Assembly (NCBI GenBank): GCA_951406725.2
Contig: OX597821.1
Location: forward strand, 100,440,001-100,504,000
DNA length: 64,000 bases
Reading direction: 5' to 3'
DNA from: Octopus vulgaris
Taxonomy: Eukaryota
Under the pieces are notes generated by a model. That model was not told the origin of the DNA. It saw nothing but the letters and a program-made list of their open reading frames with translations, and searched no databases. The stretch's first letter is position 1, and each line of letters begins with the position of its first letter. Positions 1-13,839 of this stretch are shown piece by piece. Position numbers and translations under genes: made by a program.

Positions 1-46
1 AAAATACAATAGGCTGACGAAAATCAAAGGACAAGCAAAATTTAAC

Positions 47-84
<38 letters not shown>

Positions 85-1885
85 TTGTTCAACATTCTTA
101 AACAACCCTTATTCAGGAACCGTTTGAGCAGGACGGGCTACTCGACCTGAATAAAATTCTAACTGGGCCCCCTCCCCTGCAAGGTCATGTTTATCTTGAT
201 ATGCGATCACCATGTCGCGCACATATGGCTGTGATGCATGTGCCTGGTGTACCCTTATCAGACGGGTAGTTATGATGGGTATACTGGGCTTCGTATATTT
301 TACCCCAGTGAATTTGATGGCATGCACTGCTCTCTCACTCAATAATAAAAATGATATTTCATTGCTCAACTGGTACTTATTGCATGAAACCCGAAAGGAT
401 AGAAGGCAAAGTCGATCACTTTGGAATTTGAACTTAGAGGGTAAAGATCCAAAAGAAATACCGTTAAGCATTTTATATGACGCTCATACATGGCTTCTAG
501 GATCGTGTTTTCAATCTTCCCTTTTTTCATTTCGACATTTCTTAGTTGTTTAGAAGAAATCAATATGGTATTTATTTGTACCAGTGATTGACTTGTGCTC
601 TCTTTCTCCTCTTTCCTCTGCCTGTTACTGACATGTGACCTGTAGTCGGCCTGTTTTGCTCTTTCTCTTTTTTACACCGGTCGTTGAAGCAACGAGTCGT
701 AAATTCTCATATCTCCACTTCAACCTGTATCGCTATCTTTTGCCCACCTGTTTCCAATCTTTTAGGATTTTCCTCTAAGCGTTACCCATACTTCGTCTTC
801 ATTTAGCTTTAAGGCTACATTATGTTTCGTTTTTATTTCGCTTTGTCCTTCGTCCGTCCACTAACGGTCTCATCTTGAATTACATTTATTCATTTTCCTA
901 TGTCCACTTTTATATCGCTTGTTATCCATGTTTAGTTTTCTATTCTCGGTCTCATACCCCAGCAGCTTTTGTAGGTGCCACCAGCTAGGAAGTAATATTA
1001 TCGTTTATGGCACGAAATTGCATAAGACCCACTGGCTGATAAATGATGAGGGAGTGGAGACCTTCTGTATCTGTTTTCCGATCGTCTGTGCATTTACAAT
1101 TCCTTTTTTAATTTGCCATTCTGTGTCTGTTTTTCGTTTCCGCAGTTTATATACATTTTTTTAACTTATTAATTAACGGAACGCAACACACCTTGGTTTT
1201 ATTCACAGTAAGATATACAATACAAGCACACACATACACATCAGTACATACTCATATACATACATAAATACATATACACACGCATACTTATGTATATAAC
1301 CATCATCATCATCATCATCATCATCATGAAGATTGTCGTAATCATCAAAGTATTCAACATGAGCCAATAAGAAATCTGTATGCAGTCAGAGACAATACCG
1401 TAGGAAGAACATCTCATTGGTCTGTGCAGTTTCAAGACATATACAGAGATGATGAAGACAAGGTCACGATTGGAACGCCTCTGGTCATGCATATACTTGA
1501 TCAGAGTACAGTTGATGTTAAACAACAGTATCATCATTGTCATCATCATCATCATCATCAACATCCTCCTCCTCTTCCTCCTCCTCCTCCTCCTCCTCAT
1601 CATCATCATCATCATCAACATTATCATCATAATCACCATCATCGTCGTCAGCGTCGTCGTCGTCGTCATCATCATCATCGTGATTTGCAGCAAGAAGAAA
1701 GACACTCCCACGACCACAACTACCACCACATCCACCACCACCACCACCACATCCAACAACCAACAGCAGCAGCATCACCGCCACCACCGCCTCCATACAC
1801 CAATAGCAATATCAGCAGATTCTGTGTCATTGTTGTCATCACGATCCTGCTGTTTGTTGTCTCCTTCTTTCTCTTCTCAGGTGCG

Positions 1886-1918
<33 letters not shown>

Positions 1919-2174
1919 TTACATACACATGTTACACACACTTACATAAATACATACACACTACAAAACACATATTCACATGCACGTGTATACATATGTG
2001 TGCGTGTGCGTGTGTCTGTGTGTGTGTATGTGTGTATGTGTGTGTGTGTGTCTGTGTGTGTGTGTCTGTATGTGTGTGTCTTTGTGTGCGTGTGTGTGTG
2101 TGCGTGTGTGTGTGTGTGTGTCTCTGTGTGTGTATGTGTGTGTATGTGTGTGTGTATGTGTGTGTCTGTGTGTG

Positions 2175-2212
<38 letters not shown>

Positions 2213-2775
2213 CGTGTGTTTGTCCTTCATAAAAAAATCCCCGATAATCCGTGATGTTCACATGTTTTTCCATTATAGACATACTTCAAATGCAATGAAT
2301 TCACATATCTAACAACCTATTCATTGACTCCTCCTTTATCTATTTATCCGCTTGTTGGTCTGTCTATCTGTCTATCCATCCGTCCGTCAGTCTGTCGGTT
2401 CGTCTGTCTGTATGTCTGTTTCTTTTTGTATGGCTCTGGATGAGTGATGTATGAATAGTTGCTTGATGAGTCTACATATCAGTCTTACCACTCGCCTGTC
2501 TTGTTTCCATATTCTCTCTCTCTCACTCTCTCCGTTTATGTGTCTCTATCGCTTTACATGTCTCTCTATCAGCCTCTCTCCTCTCCTCTCTCTCTCTCTC
2601 TTTCTCTCTCTTCTGTCCTATTTTTATATGTAACATCATCCAGGCACCTGATACTTATCAATGCAATTGCTTATATATATATCTGTGTGTTTGTATGCAT
2701 GTATGTATGTATGTATGTGTGTGTATGTATGTATGTATGTATGTATGTGTGTGTATGTATGTATGTATATATGTA

Positions 2776-2843
<68 letters not shown>

Positions 2844-2848
<5 letters not shown>

Positions 2849-4281
2849 GCCCCAACTATGCGAACCTGTTCGTTGGCTATGTTGAGGCCCAAATATTCTC
2901 TAATTTCACTGGTCCCACTCCTGAACTATATGGTCGTTATATTGACGACATTATCGGTGCCACCTCACTCTCCCGCGAACATCTAGATTCCTTCCTCTCT
3001 TTCGTCCAATCTTTCCATCCAGCCCTCCACTTCACTTCCACTATCTCCAACACCTCTGTCTCCTTCCTCGACATTTCGGTTAGCATTCTTCACTCCACTC
3101 TTACCACCTCCATTCACTACAAACACACAGACTCACACTCATACCTCAACTTCTCTTCCTCCCACCCAGAACACACCAAGCTTTCCATCCCCTATTCCCA
3201 ATTCCTCCGTCTACGTAGGCTCTGTAGTGACGACCATGACTTTGAGACTCAGTCTCAACGTATGGCTCACCACTTCACCCTACGTGGATACCCCCTCACC
3301 ACTATCCACACCGCCCTTGCCAGAGCACGGTCCGTGGACCGTGTATCTGCTCTCTCTCCCCGAACCCGCCCTGTAGTCTCCCGCCTCCCTTTTCCCCTCA
3401 CTTACCACCCCACGACCCTACGTCTCCAACGCACCATTCTTCGAGCTTTCCGTCATCTCCAGTCCGACCCGTCCACTTCACACCTCTTCCCTAACCGACC
3501 CCTCCCCTCTTTCAAACGAGCCCACAACCTTCGAGACCTTTTGGTCCATAGCTCCTTCCCTGACCCTACCTCCCAACCCGGCTCGTTCCCCTGCTCCCGC
3601 CCACGTTGCCGCACTTGCCCTTACCTCTCCAACACCACCCGCCTCACTAGCACCCACCATCGACCCTATCCCATCATCCACTCCTTCACCTGCACCTCCA
3701 GCAATATTATCTATTGCATCTCTTGCTCTCTCTGCAATTCCTTGTATATCGGACAAACGGGACGCCGCTTGGCTGACCGGTTCGCGGAACACCTTCGTGA
3801 CATCCACCTTGCGAACGACACACCGGTCTCACGCCATTTCCGCTCCACCGGTCACTCCTTGCAACACCTATCTGTGTTCGGTTTGTCCTTACACAGAGGC
3901 CATCCGGATTCCCGTTTGCGCCGTGAACAGGAATTAATCTTCTCTCTTCGCTCTTATACGCCATTTGGTCTCAACTCTCCCCCTCCTCATCTAACCCCCC
4001 TCTCCCCCCTCCTCACCTATCCTTTCTCCCCCCGACCCCTACTTCTACAGTCCTTCATCCTTTCACCCCTACTCCCCTTCCCTTCTTCCCTCTTTCTCCC
4101 TCCCTCTTCCCCTTCCCTCTGCTCCCTCACTCCCTCTATCCCTCTTTCCTCCTTCATCCCCCTCCTCCCCTTCCTTCTCCCCCATCCTCTCCTCTTCCCC
4201 CTTCTCCTCCCCCTCTTCTTCCCCTCGCCTTCTCTCCCCCTCTTCTCCCCCTCCCCCTCTTCTCCTCACTACACCACATGA
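2844..4281 (+). CDS. Truncated PLE polyprotein: C-terminal RT, thumb, Cys-rich linker, GIY-YIG endonuclease
   Basis: [88 protein letters not shown]...PFGLN. The first 50 aa of track ORF 2695-4281 are microsatellite read-through. Confidence 0.9.
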
Positions 4282-4815
4282 CTTTACACATCACATCACA
4301 TATGATGTGCCATACTAATACACACACCAACTAATACATACTAATACGTACTAATACATACCAGTACATACTAATACTTACACCAACCCTATACATACAC
4401 ACGTCCAGACCCCGCATACGCACTTATACTCTCTCACACACACACACACACACCTATACATACCAATACGTACTAATACATACTAATACATACTAATACA
4501 TACACCAACCCCATACATACGCACGTCCAGACCAATCTTACGCACTAATACTCTCTCATACACACACACACACACACACACCCTTATACATACTAATACA
4601 TACACCAACCCTATACATACACACATCCAGACCCCTCCCACGCACTTTTAGCTGGTCCCTCAACCCTTTTATCAACCCTATTATCTCCCCTTATTTCGCT
4701 CTCGCGTCTCATGTTTGATCTTTGACCTCTGGCCGAAATCAGATCGCCATGTTGATTCGTTAGCTACTGCACGCATTTTTTTCTCTCCTTCTTTCTGTGT
4801 TTTTCTCTCTGTGTA

Positions 4816-4853
4816 TCTTTCTGTTGAAGAGCGTAGGCTCGAAACGTTAAAGA
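4816..4853 (+). ncRNA. Minimal type-I hammerhead ribozyme motif, variant core CUGUUGA
   Basis: tcttt-CTGTTGA-a-gagc(gtag)gctc-GAAA-cg-TT-aaaga: stem I tcttt/aaaga, stem II gagc/gctc, palindromic ACGT stem III. Confidence 0.75.
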
Positions 4854-4950
4854 CTTGTTTTATTTATATTTCCTGAGCGCCATACTAATACAATTGTTCG
4901 TTTGTTTTCCACCTGCCTTCGTCTTTTGTTTATTTTCATAAAGCTTCCCG

Positions 4951-5053
<103 letters not shown>

Positions 5054-5122
5054 AACTCACACACACTCATGCACACACATGTATATATGTTTACACACAC
5101 ACACACATATATATATAGTGTC

Positions 5123-5340
5123 AAGGTGCATGGCTCAGTGGTTAGAGCGTCGAGCTTACGATCGCGAGGTTGTGAGTTTGAATCCCGGACCGAGCTGCGT
5201 GTTGTGTTCTTGAGTAAAACACTTTATTTCACGCTGCTCGGTTTACTCAACTGTAGAATGAGTTACAACATCACTGGTACAAAGCTGTATCGGCCTTTGC
5301 CTTTCCCTTGGATAACATCAGTGGTGTGGGGAATGGAGAG
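5123..5340 (+). mobile_element. tRNA-derived SINE (related to the V-domain group)
   Basis: tggctcagtggttagagc A-box, gagtttgaatccc B-box, gttgtgttcttgag..aaacactt body shared with the 25477 copy. Confidence 0.65.
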
Positions 5341-5389
5341 CTTGTAGACAACAAACATGTATTAGTATAACGATCGGGAAGTCAAAAAG

Positions 5390-5427
5390 TCTTTAACGTT
5401 TCGAGCCTATGCTCTTCCACAGAAAAG
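5390..5427 (-). ncRNA. Hammerhead motif in solo PLE terminal repeat (about 5346-5492), core CUGUGGA
   Basis: Reverse complement ctttt-CTGTGGA-a-gagc(atag)gctc-GAAA-cg-TT-aaaga; same family as 4816-4853. Confidence 0.7.
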
Positions 5428-6320
5428 AACACAGAAAGAAACAAGGAGAGAAAATAAACAATGTGTAGTGGCTAGCAATCTATCATGGCGAATGTATGTA
5501 TATATATATATATATATATATATAAACACGCGGTCTCAATAAGTATCCGCGTGTATGCGCACAAAGTTTTAACGTTCTAGCTCACTTCCACTGTTCACAG
5601 CACTGATTGGAAGGAAGGTGTGTAGTAAATCACTAAATCATCGATAGTTTTTGTATTATCCTCCCAAATTACACCAAAATCTCAGACAATAACAAATAAT
5701 ATCGTAATTATTGTCTGTGAAAATTATAGAATATAACACAACTTTGATAAAAACTTATACCTACTTTTCTGACGAAAACAATGCTGTTCTGAACATTTTG
5801 GCCGCAACTGTATATATATATATATTTCGTTTTTGGATTCGGTTTGCAAGATTCTTTATATGAGTTCGTGTGTTGAAGCATATTCTGTTGTGTCTGGGGA
5901 GAGTCATTTTCTTTTTGTGCCTTACTATTTAACACACTCACCGGTAAAATTTCCACTTTATTTCTTAATTTTATTTTCCTAAAATTTTCGTTGCATCTTG
6001 CAACCTTTTCAATAGTTTTGACTCTGTCCGTTATTTACACTGCGTTCCCTTTTGTTTGTTTGTGCGTATGTGTGTGAGCCAGTGTGTGTGTGTGTCTATA
6101 CATGCATGTACGTATGTATGTGTGTGTGTTTTTGCATGTGTATGTATGTATATATGTGTGTGTATGCATATGTATATATGTATGTATGTGTGTGCATCTG
6201 TATGTACGTATCCTGTATATTTATGTGCTTGCTTGACCATGTTTGTGTATTTTCTATGTATGTGTGTGTGAGCATGTGTTTGTATATATATGCACCTCTG
6301 TCTCCTTGTGTGTGCATGTC

Positions 6321-6351
<31 letters not shown>

Positions 6352-6778
6352 TATGCAACAATGCACCATGCTTGTATGTATTGGTGTGTATCTTTATATG
6401 TATGGATCCGTGTCTCCATATGTATCTGTTCATATAGTCTATATACCTATCCGTCTGTATATTGATCTGTTTATTTACATATCTATATGCTTACATACAG
6501 AAAAAATAAATAAGTAAATAAAATAAAATAAAAATAAAAATAAAAAAGATACATACACACACACTCACATCCACATGCATACATACATTTATCTACCTAA
6601 CAGTCCACTAACTATTCTACTCTACCTGTGTAAACTGTGGGTATGGAGGTATGGTATTTATTGTGTTTATTTCCTACTTAGTATTGGGGAGGTTGAAATT
6701 TTACCGGTGAGTGTGTTAAATAATAAGGCACAAAAAGAAAATGACTCTCCCCAGACACAACAGAATTCATATACATAT

Positions 6779-6810
<32 letters not shown>

Positions 6811-6870
6811 GCACATATATATGTATATGTATATGTTTATTTATTTATTTATATATACATATGCATATAT

Positions 6871-7265
6871 ATAGGCATAGGAGTGGCTGTGTGGTAAGTA
6901 GCTTGCTTACCAACCACATGGTTCCGTGGTACCTTGGGCAAGTGTCTTCTACTATAGCCTCGGGCCGACCAAAACCTTGTGAGTGGATTTGGTAGACGGA
7001 AACTCAAAGAAGCCCGTCGTATATATGTATATATGCATGTATATATATGTATATATATGTATGTGTATAAGTTTGCGTGTCTGTGTTTCTCTCCCCAACA
7101 TCGCTTGACAACCGATGCTGGTGTGTTTCTGTCCCCGGCAAAAGACACCGATAGAATAAGTACTAAGCTTCCAAAGAATAAGCCCTGGGGTCGATTTGCT
7201 CGACTAAAGGCGGTGCTCCAGCATGGCCACAGTCACATGACTGAAACAAGTAAAAGAATAAAGAG
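6871..7265 (+). mobile_element. SINE family A (tRNA-like head, CORE-like segment, internal microsatellite, conserved tail)
   Basis: ggagtggctgtgtggtaagtagcttgc...ccttgggcaagtgtc...gaagcccgtcg-(TA/TG)n-...ctccagcatggcc..gtc...tgactgaaacaagtaaaag; more than 12 related copies or fragments in the window. Confidence 0.8.
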
Positions 7266-7676
7266 ATATATAAACATATACATATATATAAATATACATA
7301 TATATATGTATGTAACTTCGTATATGTGTGTGCGTGTGTGTGTGTGAATGTGTGCTTGTATGTATTTAATACAATTACACAACGTCAAAATGCATCTCAA
7401 CTTTGATTCTGCCAGATGTTGGACTCGAACCAAGCACCTCGGAGTCCGAAGCCAACATGTCGACTATTTGATTTCATCTACCTCTATGTAGCAATCTTGC
7501 GCTCGTACACTCCACGCTAATTCACATTCGCCGATACAGACGTAAACATATTTATAAATACATACACACACAAATAAACTACACGCGCGCGAAGCACACA
7601 TACACACACATGTGTTTATGTATGAATATAACTTCGTACGTTCGCATACACACAGACACACATATACAAACACCAC

Positions 7677-7727
<51 letters not shown>

Positions 7728-8389
7728 CGCTTGTATATAGCTTGGCACATACATACACACAGACACATAGACACACACACGCACGTGCCCATACACACAT
7801 ATATATGTCTGTGTATCTATATGGCTTGGTATGCACACACATACGCACACAAACACATACACACATATCATATAGATATGCACCTATCTCCATGAATACA
7901 CGCACACACATAGTGACAGCTCTCATGTATGCCTACGGACAAAAGGATGAAACCTTTTGATGAACACAATAGAAAACAAGATTAAATATATTCATAAGAA
8001 TATTTATGTATTTATAAATAATATAATGCATGTTTGTGTATATTCATGTATTTGTGTTTATTTATGTTTATGCATGTACATCTACATATATGTGTATGCA
8101 TGTGTCTGTCAAAGCTATTTTTGATGTTGTCTCTGTACGTGTTCGTCACAATACATTAATACAATAAAATGGCGCATCGAACGAAGGAATTTTGCGTTTT
8201 CTTTCTTTCCTCTTTTTATATCCTTAGAAAATGCAAAAGAATTAAGAAATAAAAGAGTCGGCACTTTGCTGTGATTATAGAGCCGTCGCTTGCATATATT
8301 TGACGCGTTTCCATCTTACGATTTTTCTCCCCTCGGAATCATACCGACGCTTTAATTTTCTTAATGTCATACGCACAGTCTGCGTTTAT

Positions 8390-8518
<129 letters not shown>

Positions 8519-8630
8519 GGATGATTAATTCAGCTTTCTCTTTCTTATATTAATTGTTCTAGCAATATGATAAATGTATATACATAGACCATTCTATAAG
8601 TACACAATATAAAATATATACGTATATACC

Positions 8631-8661
<31 letters not shown>

Positions 8662-8792
8662 AAGAGAGAGAGAGATACATAGATATGTATATATGCATAC
8701 ATATATATATGTACACATATATAAATATATATGTATATATACATAAATATGTATGTATATATATATATAAATATTTATATATATATATATAT

Positions 8793-8864
<72 letters not shown>

Positions 8865-8955
8865 GTAAATAAATGGACAGACAGACAGAGGGAGAAATGT
8901 TAATGATTACTTTTGTGTTTACTTTTTATAAACAAATGTTAATTGAAGGATCACA

Positions 8956-9022
<67 letters not shown>

Positions 9023-9599
9023 TGTGTGTCACTGTGAGTGATTGTGTGCGAATATCTGTTTATGCAGTAGTAGTGTTGTAGTTCACGTATGTGTTTGAGT
9101 GTGTGTGTGTGTGGATGTAAATATATATATGCATGCATCTAAAAATATACATGTATGCATGTATGCAACTCTGTATTTACGTATGGGTGTGTGCGTTGAA
9201 TCAAAGGAAAGAATGTAGGCACTACATACATTAGACTTTATTCACCAATTTGTTTGAAGATGTCGTTCATCCGATACGGAACAGTCGTAAGATTGATCGT
9301 GCATCTACAAGTAGGCCTTAACTGCCACCGTTAGACATCAGCTGATATTTTTCTTATGGTTTCGTTAGATGAAAAATAGCAATTGCCATTAACCCTTCTT
9401 GGTCTCCTTGACTGGTGACTGCACGGTAGACAGTTCTCCTCAAACCAATGACAATTGGTGGGGAGGGGCGGAGGTAGAAGTTAAAGTACTTAACATCCAG
9501 AAACTGGCTGAAGTATTTGGTGTAAGATATTTCTTCAGTGTGACTAAGCTATTTACGTTTTTTGCATTACAAGCTCAACGAGTCTCAGATATAGAGCAT

Positions 9600-10295
9600 A
9601 CGAGGCGTGGCTGTGTGGTAAGAAGTTTGGCCAATACTTCGAGATAGCGAGCTGGCAGAATCGTTAGCACGCCGGGCGAAATGCTTAGTGGTATTTCGTC
9701 TGCCGTTACGTTCTGAGTTCAAATTCCGCCGATGTCGACTTTGCCTTTCATCCTTTCGGGGTCGATAAATTAAGTACCAGTTACGCACTGGGGTCGATAT
9801 AATCGACCTAATCCGTTTCTCTGTCCTCGTTTGTCCTCTCTGTGTTTAGCCCCTTGTGGGTAGTAAACAAATAGGTATTTCGTCTGCCGTTACGTTCTGT
9901 GTTCAAATTCCGCCGATATCGACTTTGCCTTTTATCCTTTCGGGGTCGATTAATTAAGTACCAGTTACGCACTTATTTATCCCGTCTATGTTTAGCCCCT
10001 TGTGGGCAATAAAGACATAAGAAGTTTGCTACCCAACTACATGTTTCTGTGTTCAGTCCCACTGCACGGAACCTTTGGCAAATGTCTTCTATAGCCTCGG
10101 TCCAACCGAAGTTATGAGTGGATTCGGTGGAAGGAAACTGAAAGGAGACCTCATATATATATGTGTGTGTGTGTGTGTGTCTGTCTGTGTGTATGTCTGT
10201 GTCTGTGTGTGTGTTTGTGTCTGTGTTTTCCACCACCACTTTTTGACAACCGGTGTAGGTTTGTTTACGTCAATGTATGTAAGTGGTTCGGCAAT
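9600..10295 (+). mobile_element. SINE family A copy interrupted by a SINE family B insertion
   Basis: Family A head at 9600-9635 resumes at about 10020; taagaagtttg occurs at both 9619-9629 and 10018-10028. Confidence 0.65.
9640..10020 (+). mobile_element. SINE family B (Nin/Deu-domain-like) with 184-bp internal duplication
   Basis: gagctggcagaatcgttag head, gagttcaaattcc B-box, gcctttcatcctttcggggtcgataaattaagtaccag Nin-like core; gtatttcgtctg at 9691 and 9875. Confidence 0.8.
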
Positions 10296-10304
10296 AGATA
10301 TCGT

Positions 10305-10730
10305 AGTGATGACAATCTCCAGTGCAAATATTGGCCAACTCGATCATGCCTGGTTTTTGTATGCTTGGTTTTGTAGACACAAGAACTAAGCAACTGGCAA
10401 CAATGTGGTCAATGCTTTCAATTCTGTCATGGCAGAGTCTACAATTTGGGTCTTTTTCATTGTGCGTGACATTAGCTTGATGCTTAAGGGTTAGAAAACT
10501 CTGATCGTCTGCATCTATGGTAAATCCTATTTCAATTTTCAAACCAGTGGTCCACAGCCATTGATGGGTTCTTCTCATATCAACCTCAGGTTCCCCAGCT
10601 CGTTTGGGGCATTGCCCATACAATGGCTTTTTTTCTTGCTATTGTTTCGACATTCTTTCAAGCTTACCTGTTTGGCTTTTTGTCTTACACCTTTTTGCTG
10701 CCTTAGTGGGTGGTGTGTACCCTTTATCAT
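10305..10730 (-). pseudogene. R4/Dong-like LINE fragment (zinc-knuckle region)
   Basis: QWL..TGLK.E.GF.I...DQS.LT...CRLCHDRIESIDHIVASC in minus-strand ORF 10270-10623. Confidence 0.75.
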
Positions 10731-10759
10731 TACCATAATCAAAGATATTATCATTATTA

Positions 10760-12625
10760 TGTACTCTTATTTTTATCATGTATTTTTACTGCAATACCAA
10801 GCGCAACTCTGTGTACCTTGGGTATGAGCTGTAGTTTGTTGTGATGCTCTTATAGTTATTGTATTGAAAGTGATTTACGTAGTATCTGTGCGGTGCTTAG
10901 CAGTGCTATTTTCTGTATGCTATATATATATATCTGTTAGTCCTAGTGTTTTTGTTATGTATTTGTCTGAATATTTTTTTATCATACCTAATGCGCCCAC
11001 TATGATAAGAATTGTTTCTATTTTTAGATTCCAAGATCGAGTTACCTCTGTTTCCAGGTCTTTGTATTTTGATAGTTTCTCCATTTCTTTTAGAGAAACG
11101 TTGCCATCTTTTGGTGTTGATACATCAATTAAAAAGCATTTTTTCTTCGTGATCTCTGACGACTATGTCTGGCATCTTGGCCTTAATTTCTCTGTGAGTT
11201 GGCATATCCCATAGTATTGTTGCTTTCTCATTTTCTGTGACCTTTTTTAATGTGTGTCTAAACCATCTTTTTTCTGTTGTTATTCCACAGTGTTGGCATA
11301 ACTTCCAGTGTATGTAGATCCCAACTCTGTCGTGTCTGTGAATATATTCCTTCTGAACCAGGACTGGGCAGCTAGAGACAATATGATTGATTGTTTCTTG
11401 TCCATCTCCACATATTCTGCAGTTACCTGCTATGTTTCTTTTCATTATATGTTTTTAGTAATTTCTGGTGGGGAGACTTTGAGTCCTGAGCTTCTCAGCC
11501 ATTGTTGGAATTTTGCTTTGTCTATTTCTTTTGTGTTTGGTTTAGCCCAATATTTGCCATGAAGGGGCTTTTCTTGCCACCGTGTTATCATGATCCGTTG
11601 CTGTTCTAGTTTTAGTTTGGATTTAATTTGTTTTACAGCTTTTGTCGTTTCTTCTTTTCCTTCATAGTTAGGTAGTATGACTTCTTGTATCTGGCTTTGG
11701 TCTAATTCTCTTATTCCCTTTGCTTTATCTTGTATGATGTTGCTACTCTTAACTAGTTTTCCTCTTTTCAAGGTTGCTTTGGCACACTTTTCTAAGTCAA
11801 ATTTCATATTTATTTCTTTGGTAAATCCATGTATTATCTGAAGTAATGTTTCTAGTTATTTATCATTTGTAGCGTACAGTTTTAGGTTATCCATATATAA
11901 GAGGTGGCTGATTGTTTTGCCGTAACAGCTGTATCTGCATCCAGTTCTGTTTAGCATGTCAGATAAAGGGTCAGTGCCTAGCAGAAAAGGGGTGGAGAGA
12001 GCGTGTCTGCATGGAATATTCCTCTTCTAATGGGGATGGCTTTGGTTTTATCAGTCTCTCTTTTGTTTGGAGCTGTACCACTGTCTGCCATTCATTAGTG
12101 GAATGTGTTATATATTTTATGATTATTGGTGCTACCTTATTCATGATTAGTGTTTTTAGGATCCATGTGTAGGGAATACTATCAAAAGCCTTTCGGTAAT
12201 CGATCCAGGCTATACTTAGACCCTTCTTCTTTCTGCGGTTATGGCTTTATTGATAATAAATTGATCTTTACAGCCGTATGAACCCCTGAAGCATCCCTTC
12301 TGCTCTTCTGGAAGCATGTTGTTTTCTTCCAGATGCTTGCTCATTCCCTGCGATATTATTGCAGTAAAGGCTTTGTAAATTGTAGGGAGACAAGTTATTG
12401 GTCTGTAATTTTGTGGGTTCGCTGTTTCAGTGGATTTGGGAATTAGGATAGTTTTCCCGTCCGTGAGCCATTCAGGCATTGTCTCTGGCTTTGCTAGTAA
12501 GTCATTAAATTTCTCAGCCAGCTTTTTATGTGTTCCTGTCAGATATTTTAACCAGAAGTTGAGGATCTTACCTTGGAAGGGTGCTTTCCAGTCGGTTATT
12601 TTTGTTGTGCCTGGGAGACCTCTTC
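10760..12625 (-). mobile_element. 5'-truncated, frameshifted R4/Dong-clade LINE (RT, CCHC knuckle, restriction-like endonuclease)
   Basis: PEWLTDGKTILIPK..NYRPITCL, EEQKGC.RGSYGCKDQ, MKFDLEKCA, CRICGDGQETINHIVSSC, RHDRV, PDIVV, and terminal QKIALLSTAQILRKSLSIQ*; TAA-type repeats at both ends. Confidence 0.88.
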
Positions 12626-12674
12626 ACTTGTTATAGGGGTAATTATTATTATTATTGTCATTATTATTATTATT

Positions 12675-12858
12675 AGGTGGCGAGCAGGCAGAATCGTTAG
12701 CACGCCGAGCGAAATGCTTCACAGTATTTCGTCTATCGCTACGTTCCGAGTTCAAATTCCCCCGATGTCGATAAATTATGCACCAGTTGCGTACTGGGGT
12801 CGTTCTAATCGACTGCCCCTCCCCAGAAATTTCAGGCCTTATGCCTCCAGTAGAAAGG

Positions 12859-12898
<40 letters not shown>

Positions 12899-13110
12899 TA
12901 AGTCGAGCTGGCAGAATTGTTAGCACGCTGGACAAAATGCTTAGTGGCATTTCGCTCGTTGCTACGTTCTGAGTTCAAATTCTGCCGAGATCGATTTTGC
13001 CTTCGTCCTTTCGGGGTCGATGAAATAAGTACCATTTGAGTACTGGGTCGATGTAATCGTCTAGTCCTCTCCCCCAAATTTCAAGCATTGTACCTATAGT
13101 AGAAACGATT
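12675..13110 (+). mobile_element. Two SINE family B copies separated and followed by (ATT)n
   Basis: Heads at about 12675 and 12900; tails agtagaaa(g/c)gattattatt. Confidence 0.75.
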
Positions 13111-13177
13111 ATTATTATTATTGTTGTTGTTGTGGCTGTTGTTATTGTTATTATTGTTTTGTATTATTATAATCATT

Positions 13178-13254
<77 letters not shown>

Positions 13255-13448
13255 CATTATTATAATTTGTGGGCACTTACTGTTAATACATGGGAGGTAC
13301 GTGAGTCAAAATATATTAAATATATATTAAATGCATTAATAGAATAAAAATACTTTTTTCTTTATCCTTTAAGAATTAATAAATAAAATTAATTTCAATG
13401 TACACAGTGACAGACACACACACATACATTTATGAACGTACATACATA

Positions 13449-13515
<67 letters not shown>

Positions 13516-13839
13516 TCAATATGGACAGATAAGCTTATAACAAATATTTCTACTTTGTATTCAACTAACTAAACGACCTGTCAATATTTTTAATGGAAAA
13601 CAGCTAGTGAGAGTATTTTAGCACTTAATTGCGTTTGATGCAGATGTCGGGTGGACAGACAGGCGGATGAAGGCGATTCACTACCAGTTATTATGATTAT
13701 TATCATTATTGCTTTTATTAGTTGGAGTATTAAGGTGGCGACCCGGCAGATATATTTGCATGCCACACAAAATGCTTATGTTGTTCTTTCTAACGACATA
13801 ATGATTCTGTCAGCACGGCCTCATGTCCTATGAATTAAT

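Noticed and set aside
1241-2312. His/Pro-rich 276-aa ORF and overlapping ORFs
   Set aside because: Products of (CAT)n, (CCT)n, (CAC)n and (TG)n repeats, open in several frames on both strands; no domain.
2695-2843. N-terminal extension of the 528-aa ORF
   Set aside because: Microsatellite read-through, not part of the retroelement protein.
5525-5700. Possible mariner-like left end (cacgcggtctcaataagtatcc)
   Set aside because: No matching second TIR or coding remnant found.
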